In this document: positions 37,772 to 49,612 of the stretch, one piece after another
How positions within the stretch are numbered: position 1 is the first letter of the stretch
How the letters are laid out: every line of letters starts with the position of its first letter
Assembly (NCBI RefSeq): GCF_006345805.1
Contig: NC_043000.1
Coordinates: forward strand, 142,042,001-142,106,000
Source: Octopus sinensis
Taxonomy: Eukaryota
DNA: 64,000 bases
Direction: 5' to 3'
The notes under the pieces: model-generated
Told to the model about the DNA's origin: nothing
Database searches by the model: none
What the model saw: only the letters and a program-made list of their open reading frames with translations
Translations under genes and position numbers: made by a program

Positions 37772-38529
37772 AATGAGAAGCTTTCAGTCTTATCCTGAAA
37801 GGTGTGAAACTGAATGTAACCAGTTAGTCGATAACTTATGAAGAATTACGAACCTGTTTGTATAAACAAGTATTTTTTTTATATATATAACCGTGTTGCT
37901 CTCTCTCTTTTTTGCCTTCATTATTTCCTCTTTTCTTTCTCTAACCCACTCACTTCTATTCTACCCCTCCTGCTTACTCATTTTCTTTCTCTCTGTTTCT
38001 AATATTCTTAGCCTTTTTTATCCCTTCGTCTCTTTCCTTTTTTTTCTGTCGCTCCCTCTCCATGCTGTCTTTCTCTTCTCCCTACTGTAGTCATGTGGCC
38101 AGTGGCCAGTTCCAATTTTCCTTTGTTTCCTACACTGGTTCCTTAGCTAACCAGTCACATATTCTCTGTCTCTCCTTTCTCCATCCTTCAAAACATTTTC
38201 TAAGCGTTACCTACTATTCTCGTTTCCTTCGCCACAAGGCCGTATTTTGTTCGACTGTTCGTCCTCGTCCACCATACTAAATCCTACTCTGTGTCGTTTT
38301 GCTTCTTTTGTTTTGTTTTCTCTTGTCCCTAATTCTCCACAAGAAAACTTTTCTTTTTTTGCGGGTACCGCCAATTGGTCTTATCGTTAAAGGAGCGAAA
38401 TTGAATATTACCAAATGGTCGATAATTGATGAAGAATTACGGACCTTCTGTTTTGTTTCCCGTTCGTCTTTACATTCAGTATACGTTTTGTCGTTTGTTT
38501 ATACAGTTTTCATTTATATATACATTTAT

Positions 38530-38907
38530 ATATACGACGGGCTTCTTTGAGTTTCCGTCAACAAAGTTCATTCACAAGGCTGTTTTCGGCTCGTGGCTAT
38601 GTTCCACTCTAGCGTTCTATAAACGGCTAGTGGAGGGAAAGTGTGACGACGTTCTCGAGGAAACTCTGTGTGTCGACGAAGATTGAATCTGGGTAAGCTA
38701 TACCAAGTGAAATGTTGAGACAGAGCCAGGCTGCAATACACACACAAACACATAGATACGTACACACATAGCTACATAAATGCTTGCATACGTATACACA
38801 TGGTTACACTCATATAATAGTAGAAGTCACTTGCTCAAGATGCCACGCAGTGGAACTCTACTCAGAACCATTTGGTTTGGAAGGAATCTTCTTAGCACAC
38901 AGTCACG
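38530..38907 (-). mobile_element. Diverged SINE family B 5' half, interrupted by an insertion
   Basis: 38530-38590 and 38815-38907 match consecutive parts of family B, with ~220 bp of unrelated sequence between them. Confidence 0.6.
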
Positions 38908-40359
38908 TTGGTAAATCAAATTTATGTTTTAAAAAGAATATTCCCTTTCTTCTTTCTTTTCAGACTTCACATTATCTGAAGACATCCTTCGTCTTCTAGA
39001 AGATGTGCAGCGAGTATGGGTGACTTGTGTTACACTTCTTGTGTAAGAAATGTCAGAGGAACTTACTGAATATATCAAATCAATATTGCTTTGTCTATTT
39101 TGATTCGAAATTAAGAGACCAAGATAAGAAGCTCGCTCTTTAGAAGGCTTGCTCAATATGCGTTGCATTATAAATATGTGTTACATAATAAATCGCAAAA
39201 TGAGTTAGAATAAAGGAATAGATATGTCAGCTTTCTAATAAAAAATCTAAATTATCAAATATAATAATGGCGCAAAATATCAAAGTTTACCATATACCTT
39301 ACTACAAATTTCATATTTGACATTCTAATATTTACAGGTAAATAAAATACCACATTCATTTTTATTTTTTTACATTTTGTCCCACCATATGCACATTTAC
39401 CTACAAACTATGGTACATTTTAGCATTAATTTGTGAGAAGACCGTGGCTAATGAAGGCCTGATATTTTGATATTCTGAATTAGCACTGCAAAAATATATT
39501 AGGTAACATAAAATTATAAAAACAATTTTCAAAAGGTTCCATTTCGCAGACCCGTAGTAAGCAGACATGAAATAAGCATTCAGAATTTAACTTGCACGAA
39601 AATCGCATATTTAAACATAAATATAAAACTAGGTATTTTTAATATGCCTGCAATTTTCGCAATGAAAAGTTGAAGTGGTATTTAACTGCATGTTCATCTG
39701 TCGCTAGAAAAAGCGAGCAAAATAATGTGTTTTTGCATACTTTACCACCGATTCGGAGATTGTTTTTACTGTACAGGGACTACTTGATTGCGATTACAGA
39801 ATACACAAACCTGAATTGGAATAACCTGGATTGAGTAACATGGCAAACCTTACACAATATAGAACAGATTTAATCAAGTCGAACGTGTAAAATGTTGCAC
39901 TCTTGTATAATGAAGAGTAGACTTCTGTACGAGAATGCTGTTTACTATGTATATTGATATAGGTTGTTATTCTCAGTTTGGTCACGAAAGCAAGCACCAG
40001 ATTTGTCAAAACAACACCCATATACATTGGTTTGAGAAGATTCGGTAATAATATCGATTTCCTTGCGCGGAAATATAACGGATCAGCGAATGCTATGATT
40101 GAAATATATTCATAACAATTTAATTAACACGGTTTCTATTAGAAATGAGTCAACGCATATTTGCTCTCTTGTTATTTACATTTTCATCCGTAGAAGGGAG
40201 TTAACACAAATGTTATATATATGTGTGTGTGTGTGCGTGTGTGTGGTCAATGAAAGACAGAAGATGGAATATACGAGAACACATTCTTAATCACAACAAC
40301 TGTTTTGATGCATCTAGCATCGATCCCTCACGGGTGGGACACTTAACAACTGGTTCAGA

Positions 40360-40560
40360 CGCATCCGGCGGTGCTTATGTAAGTCATCGGGTGATAGACA
40401 AAACTCGAAACGCGGAGTAGATAAAACAGAGGCCAATTGATGACGGGAATATTCTTTATGTTGCATGTCTCGTTTCTCATTCTGTCCACGTTTATTTTTA
40501 TGACCTGTACCCATATATGCATGTATATATATATGTAGGTACGTATATATATATATATGT
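40360..40560 (+). repeat. Unclassified interspersed repeat (second copy at 51290-51540)
   Basis: Shared TCGAAACG(C)GGAGTAGA..TGA(T/A)GA..GGGAAT and 3' end CCTGTACCCATATATGCATGTATATATA. Confidence 0.6.
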
Positions 40561-40611
40561 ATATGTGCATGTATTTATATATTATTTATATTATATATAT
40601 ATATAATATAT

Positions 40612-40715
<104 letters not shown>

Positions 40716-41156
40716 TATAGATACATAGATAGATAGATAGACAGAGAGAGAAACAAACAGACAGACATAGAAGAGAAATATATATATATATATACATATA
40801 AATACATGTATATATAAACATGTATGTGTATATAGAGTATGTCTGTGTGTGTGCATGTGTTAGTAAAATTAAAAGTAAAGTTTTGGATTTTGTTGATGTT
40901 TATAGAAAAATATCTACATATTTATAAGTAATAATATTAATTTGGTTCATATATTGTAATACGTACAGGACAAAATATTTCGGAGTAGCATGTATGTTAC
41001 TAGAAAGGTATATGAATGTTTCATATCTTGTGTGTGCAATTAAACGTAAGATCACTACTATATGAGTTAGAGCTCCACGTAGGTTATCATTATCCAGTCA
41101 GTGTCCATTGGAGTGGTTAGACACCAACCATTCTTAGCTATGCTACTATTTATGAT

Positions 41157-41461
41157 CACGTGATCACGTGACCGACCAGTCCATCAGATGTAGTTACACA
41201 TCGTTGGTCACAATGCATTCGCATTGTTTTAGCCTTCGAATGACGCCATCCCGCTGGCTAAGCGAGCAGGCCAACAGAAGAAAGAGTGGGAGAAAGAGTG
41301 GTGAAAGAGTACAGCAGGGATCACCACCCCCTGCCGGAACCTCGTGGAGCTTTTAGGTGTTTTCGCTCAATAAACATTCACAACGCCTGGTCTGGGAATC
41401 GAAACCGCGATCCTACGACCGCGAGTCCGCTGTCCTAACCACTGGGCCATTGCGCCTCCAC
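41157..41461 (-). mobile_element. tRNA-derived SINE, family A head with a third tail type; 12-bp TSD
   Basis: Family A head; TSD ACTATTTATGAT at 41145-41156 and 41462-41473; tail ends in TCACGTGA repeats. Confidence 0.9.
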
Positions 41462-41896
41462 ACTATTTATGATATACAGAGCAAATGTAGGTGAGAACTA
41501 AGACAAACACAAGTTTAAATTATAAGTTCGAACTTATGTTTCAGCATTATGGTTATTTGGAATTCAGCATTGGATGGTCCAGAAGTATTTGCATGCCTAT
41601 CTACAACATCCAATGCTGAGTCCCAAACAACGGCTGTGATGAAACGTACGCAAGAACTACTAATTCATTTTTGTACTTATATTATTTTCCCCCCTATCAA
41701 TGTTTCATAAATTTACAGAAATACCTCCTGAAGAAAAAACTCATAATTTCTATAGTTTCATCAAATGTATATCATTGTATACACCAGACACATTTGTCTC
41801 AGTTTCTTTAGATAAATCCAAATAACTTAGCAAATGAAACAGTTGTTGCTTGATTACTGTTTAATTTATTGTATGATGCATTATCTTTACATCTGT

Positions 41897-42263
41897 GGAG
41901 GCGCAATGGCCAGTGGTTAGGGCAGCGGATTCGCGGTTTCGATTCCCAGACCGGGCGTTGTGAGTGTTTATTGAGCGAAAACACCTAAAGCTCCACGAGG
42001 CTCCGGCAGGGGATGGTGGTGATCCATGCTGTACTATTTCACCACAACTTTCTCTCACTCTTACTTCCTGTTTCTGTTGTACCTGCATTTCAAAGGGCCG
42101 GCCTTGTCACTCTCTGTGTCACGCGGAATATCCCCGAGAACTACGTTAAGGGTACACGTGTCTGTGTAGTGCTCAGCCACTTACACGTTAATTTCACGAG
42201 CAGGCTGTTCCGTTGATTCGGATCAACCGGAACACTCGTCGTCGTAACCGACGGAGTGCTTCC
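41897..42263 (+). mobile_element. tRNA-derived SINE, family A; 14-bp TSD
   Basis: A and B boxes; TSD ATCTTTACATCTGT (41883-41896) and ATCTTTACACCTGT (42264-42277). Confidence 0.9.
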
Positions 42264-42574
42264 ATCTTTACACCTGTATGGTGCATTATTTTGACAACAT
42301 AGAAGCACAAGTACCCGTAATAACAATAAATAAATAAATAAATAAAAATAAAGCAACAATGCCATGATATTTATTTCAAAATATGTACAGCAAGCCAACG
42401 GCTACAAAGCAAAGTACATTAGCATGTGCCTGCTTTTTTGTAGAGATTTAAAATATGGAATAGAAAGTCTTGCATTAAAGTGATTTTCAGTGGGGAAATT
42501 ACCATAAGCTTGCATCTAATGTCTAGCTATAATATTGGCTTCACAATGTGGTACAAAGCCTTCTGTTTCGAGGA

Positions 42575-42715
42575 AAAGGGTATTTAGATTACATCGCCTC
42601 CAGTGCTCAACCGGTACATCTTTCTCAACCCTGAACTCAGAACCTAAAGACGGACGAAACGCCGCTAAGGATTTAACCGGAGTGCTAGCGAAACTGCATG
42701 CTCGCCGACTTCATG
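42575..42715 (-). mobile_element. Degraded SINE family C fragment
   Basis: CCTGAACTCAGAAC..GACGAAACGCCGCTAAG..GTGCTAGCG matches the reverse complement of the family C head. Confidence 0.55.
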
Positions 42716-45360
42716 TTTAAAGTTAATGTGCTAAGTAAACACTAACAAACGTCAATGACCTTCTAATATGCTACAATGTTGATCTCTATAAGGGAATTAT
42801 TTAGAATTATGGATTTACCGCGCGGTACAACAATTTGCGTTAACTCTCCAGTTATTTTAAGCAGTTGTCTATGTACATGATCATCTGTAATTACGTTATA
42901 TTCCAGCAAGATGGTTCACCTGCCATTATGCAAAATGCAGCAAACGAAGCGTAAGCCATTATGATATTACACTATTAATTAAATAGATGGAGCCAAATAC
43001 TAACATGAACACTTTAGAATAGGCATAGAGACATAAGAAAGAAAATTACATGTTATAATGCTTCATTAATTTCGGATTTTAAAGAGAAAATACTGCTGGT
43101 TTCATTACAGGAGTTAGTTAAGGAATACGGCAAGAATTTTCAAAGTGTAGCTGACAGCATGACTGCTCTTTTGCAGCCAAATGTCGAGGACTGACATATC
43201 CTATACTGAATTGTATAAAACATCATTTCCATTAGTGTAGCCAGATTTTTTTTTCACCAGAGTTAAATGCATGTATATGTGTATATGTCTGCAAATTTGT
43301 AGGTATATCTGTATATCTCGCTCTCTGTATTTCTCCTTCTCAATATACGTATATTTATGAACGTAGGTATATGTACTTATGCGTGTTTGTATAAGCGTGT
43401 GAATAAAAAGAAACAAAACTTAATCTCTTTAAACCGATTTGTTACTTTATATTTCTCATTGGAATGAGAAGCATGTGGTACTTCTTGTAATAACTTCCAC
43501 TAAACGACATCACCTGCTTAGATAGTATTGCATCCGCTAAATTCAATAGTCAGCTGCATTTATAATTATTTCAACATTTTAAAATGTTGATCCATATGTA
43601 AAATTTAAAAAATACAAAATAAATTCTCATTTACAGAATTAATAACTGTAATTAAACAAATTTCTCGTGGCTATTTCAGCAAAATGACTGCTATATATAA
43701 ATTCTCTATCTCTTAACTGCTATATTTCTGCAGTTTTGTTTACACAATACTTTTTTTTATTATATTTCTCCCAACAATTTAACATTTCGCATTCAAAGAA
43801 AAAATTCCTCGCCATTTCTGTCTCCATGCATTATATTTTGTCTGTTATTATCTGTATATCTCTTGAAAGAATAGATGTGAATAACCTCGCCCCAGCAAAT
43901 GGCGTCATACAACTATTAAATAAAGGATATTTTTCTATTTAGCCCTGTGCAAACTGTTGCACAGCAATCTCTTGGCAACAACTTCATAAGATATTTTGAA
44001 GCCTATGTTGTTTCTTTATTTTTAAACAAAAATCCCTCCAGATCAACCTTGCCTATAACTATAGGCGGACAACTCAATGAACATTCTGTAATTCATGCTC
44101 ATATTTTCCGTTAGCATCATCGTAGCAGGTACTTTATTTAACACAGGTTCTGCTGGCGAAATTTAGCTTCTATTTCTTACAGGTCCTAGACATTTATTAG
44201 TGACTCAAAACGAAGTTGTAGTCAGTATAAAGTGAAGCTGTTCATTAAATTGAATTGCTGATAACGGAGTGCAGTTTGTTTTGAGAATTCGCTAATATTG
44301 ACGTTAAGCTCCAGGTGTGCATTAAATGTCATTAATTGTACAAATTTATAAGGAAGAGTGTTTACGTCGTGCTTATCCATTCATTCTTTATATTTAGGAA
44401 TGCATTGTGCAATATGTCTTTCACTAATTAAGATGCTAACCCTGGTACATGTGTAAATTTGTTAGCTATTTCATAGAAGTTGTGCACTGTCATTGTGGTC
44501 GGTCACTGAACACGCATTTAACAACTATGCATTAAAGACCTATAAGCGAAATCCCCATGAAGTAAAATGGTGTCACAATATTTCAGATCTACGTGGCGTA
44601 TTGTAGACAGATATCGTATTATAAAAAGAAAAGCTGACAATATTCATAAGCATCTAAATACTAGTTCCATTCTGAATAAACAACTGCTATAATATGATCA
44701 AGGTCATCGCAATCAGATGTGTTCATTAAGAGACCAATGATACAAACGCTTACACCTCCATCCTCACTATGAGGATGACGAGGTTGCTTCTTTGTACACT
44801 CTATCAACTGAATAATTCACCTCACAAACTTGTCTCAGTAAAAAGCAAACATTGGATCACGTACCACTGGTTTGACTGAATGAACCAAACGGGGACGAAT
44901 TTGGTAATAATTACACTCGATCAGAACTGTGATAACGACTTTATCAAAAAGAGCATCGTATATATTATATCTTGCTGACAAGGTATAATATTTTGCTGGG
45001 TATAATGGAAAGTGTCAGCTGTTCACAGTCAGCAGAGTAAGGTGACACTTGTTTAATGGTCATGCTTCAAGAACCCTGTGAAGAAATCTTGCAGTTCCAA
45101 GCAGTGCAGTTTTATGTAGCTGTACTACTTTCACACATGTATCAGTCTTTTTGAACTCTTCCATATTACACAAGCCTAACCTTCTTACCTCCGATAATGG
45201 TGGTTCTGTGGCATTTTTTACATACCATGCTATATTGTTTCTTTTTGCCCTAACGCTGCATTTGCATACAATCAGTCCTATCCCCCCTCTCTTTTTCTTG
45301 GTACATACAGTCGGTTTGTGTCACTTTTTGGGTGGAGTATCCCATATCTAGTCAGCAACT

Positions 45361-45396
45361 TATTATTATCATTATTATTATTATTATTATTATTAT

Positions 45397-45438
<42 letters not shown>

Positions 45439-45482
45439 CAGTAGTAGTAGTAGTAGTAGTATTGGTGGTGGTGGTAGTGGTG

Positions 45483-45526
<44 letters not shown>

Positions 45527-45565
45527 GATGTTGGTGGTGGTGGTGGTAGTGGTGGTGGTGGTGGT

Positions 45566-45611
<46 letters not shown>

Positions 45612-45612
45612 C
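45361..45612. repeat. Compound (TTA)n-(TAG)n-(TGG)n microsatellite
   Basis: Directly visible; forms the 3' flank of the minus-strand LINE at 45613. Confidence 0.95.
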
Positions 45613-47150
45613 TATGGTTTCCTTTCATTATAACTTTATTCCAGCTGCCTTGGTACCTGGCATCCTAAGGACGCCAAGACTAGCAAGGGCACATTTGTTT
45701 TGCTATGCATGCTAAAATTAGCACCACATTTATTCCATTTTAGATGGAGAATGCTTTCCGTAGTATAGGGGCTGCACCCATCGAGGTTATCTTTTGTAGT
45801 TCTTGGAGATTGGAGCTATCAGGCAGTTGCTTAATATACTTCTCACATCCCTTCTTTATCATTCCTATTTCTTTATTGCCCACCAGGGGCAAAACATAGA
45901 GAGGACACACAAGGACAGATAAAGGGATTAAGTCGATTATATTGATCCCAGTGCGTAACTGGTACTTATTTAATCGACCCCGAAAGGATGAAAGGCAAAG
46001 TCGACCTCGGCGAATTTGAACTCAGAACGTAACAGCAGACGAAATACCGCTAAACATTTCGCCCGGCGTGCTAACGTTTCTGCCATCTCGCCGCCTACTT
46101 TATCATTCCTAACGTACCAATTACTGGTGGTATTATTGTAGTACTAAGCTTCTGCACTTTTGTGATTTCAATTTGTAGATCTTTATAGTGAAAAAGATTT
46201 TCGTATTCTTTTCTTGAGACATTTTGATCTTGTGGTTCAGACATATCTATTAACAGACAAGTGCATCTATTGTAGTCTTTGATCACAATGAGTGGTCAAT
46301 TGGAGTCGGTTTTTCTGTCTGTTTGTATTGGGGAATTTCCAAAGTATAGTGACACCCTCGCCATTTACTATATCCACTGGATATTACCTTACCACTTATC
46401 AAGGATTTAATTTTGTAGTATTTACAAGCATTCCAGTGGATATACTGCGCTAGTCTACCGCGTCTTACGAATTAATCCATTTCAGTAAGGACTTTGCAGC
46501 CAGAATCAACATGATCAACTGTCTCTGAATTTTTCCGAAAATTCTGCACGAGTGGTCAGATCCATCTTTAAGGACGTTTGCATGGTATTTTCTGGTAGGT
46601 AAGCTCTGATCTTGTGCTGCAATACGAAAAATGTATTTTTGTCCTTTCAGATCTTTCCTTTGTAGCCATTGGAGTGTTAGGTTTCGGTTAAGATCTGGCT
46701 TAGAGAATCAGTTAGGGTATTTTCCATGCAGGAGCTTGCCTTTCCAGTTGTCTTCGATATTATTCATGCATTATTCTTTACTTTTTGTTTGATTTTTTTT
46801 TTTTTTTGCATCAGTGATAGGTTTGTCAGTATTTGGATCTCGTTCGTCTTTCTGATTGTTAATTTCTTAATCAGGAGAAGCAATGTTAGGTCTGTCATTA
46901 TTTGGGTGTCTTTGGTCATTCTTATTGTTAACTTGTAGGCCAAGAGACTTTTTGAATTTCTGACGACGTTTCATGACTGAAGCCTGCTTGAAATCTTCAT
47001 GCTTGAGTGCAGTTCGTAAGAACACATCACTTGTTGTATTAAGGTGAGTTTCAAGGCCCATTATTGCTCATTTGAAGGAATGTTCTAGCTGTATCAGGCC
47101 TGTTCCGCCTACTTTTCCGCCTACTTTTCTTGGGAAACAAATCCTCTCTA
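45613..47150 (-). mobile_element. R4/Dong-type RLE LINE 3' portion (degraded), interrupted by a SINE
   Basis: Minus-strand remnants: 'ERICFPRKVGG..GLIQLE', a CCHC-type region 'CRIF..IQETVDHVDSGC..LAQYIHW', and 'LLIDMSEPQD..KYKDL..EI..IIPPVIGTLGMIK' continuing across the SINE into 'KGCEKYIKQLP'. Confidence 0.8.
45868..46097 (-). mobile_element. SINE family C, full length, 14-bp TSD
   Basis: TSD CTTTATCATTCCTA at 45854-45867 and 46098-46111; tRNA-like head GGCGGCGAGATGGCAGAAACGTTAGC. Confidence 0.9.
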
Positions 47151-47179
47151 TATTATCATAATTATCATTATCATTATTA

Positions 47180-47640
47180 TTATATGAAAGCTCACAGCTT
47201 ATTTTGTTAGGTATGATGGAAATGTCAGCTGCCAGCAGACCAAAGTGACGCTTGTTTACTGGGCATACTTCAAGAACCTTGCGAAGAAATCTTGCAGATG
47301 CAAGTAATGCTGATTTTTTTAGGTGTTCTACCTTCACATTTGCACCGATCTTTTTCAGCCATGTTGGTAGCCGAGTGGGGATACTTCTAAGTGCACCGAT
47401 TACTATTGGCATTGCGTCTACTCTCTTTATTGCCTACAACCTTTGTATTTCCCACTTCAAATCGTTATAGTTGTTTATTTTTTCTTACTCTTCCCCTTCG
47501 ATCCCATTGACAATGGGGCATGCTATGTCGGTAATCATTCATGTTCGTTCATTTTTATTCATGACAGCAATGTCCGGTTTCATATGTCTGGTCAGTTGAT
47601 CGCACTAGATCCTTACATCCCACAGGATTTTGCTGTTCAT
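47180..47640 (-). mobile_element. R4/Dong-type RLE LINE 3' fragment
   Basis: 'SKILWDVRI', 'KPDIAVM' and 'MPIVIGALRSIPTRLPTWLKKIG..LKKSALLASARFLRKVL' are the typical RLE C-terminus; flanked by (AAC/AGC)n and (ATA)n tracts. Confidence 0.8.
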
Positions 47641-47786
47641 TATTATTGTTGCTGCTGTTGTTGATGTTGTTGTTGTTGTTGTTGCTGCTGCTGCTGTTGT
47701 TGTTGCTGCTGTTGCTGCTGCTGTTGTTGTTGTTGTTGTTGTTGCTGTTGTTGTTGCTGTTGCTGTTGTTGTTGTTGTTGTTGTTA
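47641..47786. repeat. (TTG/CTG)n microsatellite
   Basis: Directly visible. Confidence 0.95.
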
Positions 47787-47792
47787 ACAAGA

Positions 47793-47975
47793 CAACGAGC
47801 TGGCAGAACCGATAGGCATACCGACCAAGATGCTCAGCTAAATTTTGTGCATCTGCACGTTCTAAGTTCAAATTCCAGAGAGGTCGACTTTGCATTTCAT
47901 CATTCTGTGGTCCACAAAATAAGTACACGTTAAACACTTGCGCCGATGTAATCGACTTAACTTCCCGCACCCAAT
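47793..47975 (+). mobile_element. Diverged SINE family C
   Basis: GAGCTGGCAGAA..GTTCTAAGTTCAAATTCC..GAGGTCGACTTTGC..GTAATCGACTTAA; similar diverged copies at 48672-48860 (+), 57765-57938 (-) and 62415-62600 (-). Confidence 0.7.
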
Positions 47976-49152
47976 TTCAAATTTAATAACCTTGTGTTAA
48001 ACTCTAGAAGCGTTCTTATTTTTATTACATTTTCATCCAGCTTACATTGTTATATGTAATCATGAGATATCAAATGAAGATTCAAGTCAATCGATCAACA
48101 TGGAACGGATACCAACAACAATTTCTTTATAATCTTCAAAGTTTCATAGCTTTCATTAAACGTCCTTAAGAGGCATTTTCAATTTTGAAGCATGGTCAGA
48201 CATTTTGAAAATAAACATCGAAACTTCGTTGGTGAAGTGGTTTGATATTTTGAATTTCCAGTTGTGCAAGAAGTATAACTTCTCTTTGACTAACAAAAAT
48301 ACAGACATGAAGTGTTTTTTCATATTCAGTGCGTTGGAATATCTGCTCGCTAAATGATATTTTTGAAATGTTTTCAAAGACGGCACCATTTCAACAAGTA
48401 TTTGGGGTAAACTTGGATTTTCATACGACTACAAGAATTATAAATTCTACGCTTAATATTCATCCTATCTTTACATCATGCGGAAAACTTTCTATATAGT
48501 CTAGCAGATCTGTCTACCCATCGTTGGATGCTCTTAGACCATTCGTACGAAGTGGATTGATACATAAGTGCATATATGCATGGAACATGAGTGCATAATA
48601 TTGAGTACATACTTTATTGTCGCTGCATATACCTTAGTAATTATCAATTTAATATTCATCAGTTAGCATAAGGCGGTGAGCTGGCATATTCGTTATCGCG
48701 TAGGGAAAAAGCTTAACAGCATTTCTTGCGACTTTACGTTCTCAATTCAAATACCGATGTGGTCGACGTGCCCTCCACCACTTCGAGGCCGATTTAATCG
48801 ACTTACGTCCCCCACTCCCCGATATTGCTGGACTTGTGCCAAAAGTTGAAACCAATATTATTTATTGGTATTACTGCCTGTCATATTTGTTATATTGTAT
48901 TTTCATAATTACTTTCCTTTTCAGGTCCATTTGCTCTCGAGTGTTACCTTTTCATTTCATTTTCCATTTTGTTCCTCATTAAGGACATGACCAATTTTCA
49001 TATAGGATGAGATATACACCGTCTGGTATTTTCACCCTAGGACGCACCACCGGGGAACATGTTTATTTTGAATTTACTGCCTATCAAGTAATTTCTACGG
49101 TGACTGCATAATTAAGTAAGTAACTAAGTCAAAAAATTATATTTATGTCCGT

Positions 49153-49183
<31 letters not shown>

Positions 49184-49206
49184 ATATACACACACACACA
49201 TATATA

Positions 49207-49421
49207 CGAAGAGGTGCTGAAAAGTTCTGGCTTTGGGGAAAAGAAAATACAGGAAGATCAGCTAATTATGATTTTATTCAATATATTTCCCTCTAAGATT
49301 CTCATGTATTGTAGCGCTCATTGACTTTTTTCTAAGCCCTGTAAAAGGACTCGGATGTTTGGGCCTCCGGTCGAACCTTTCGCAATACCCTTAAAACCAG
49401 AAACTTTTCAGTACTTGCACG
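49207..49421. mobile_element. Mariner-type MITE with TA TSD
   Basis: TA|CGAAGAGGTGCTGAAAAGTTCTGG ... CCAGAAACTTTTCAGTACTTGCACG|TA: imperfect ~25-bp TIRs, 215 bp, no ORF. Confidence 0.75.
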
Positions 49422-49522
49422 TATATATATTGTACTCAAGTACACACGCACTCTCTCTCTCTTTCTTTCTTTGTACGTGTGTGATTGTGTCTCTTTCTCT
49501 CTCTCTCTCTCAATATATATAC

Positions 49523-49612
<90 letters not shown>

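Noticed and set aside
38975-39010. CTGAAGA-CATC...GATG hairpin
   Set aside because: Not followed by GAAA or a stem III.
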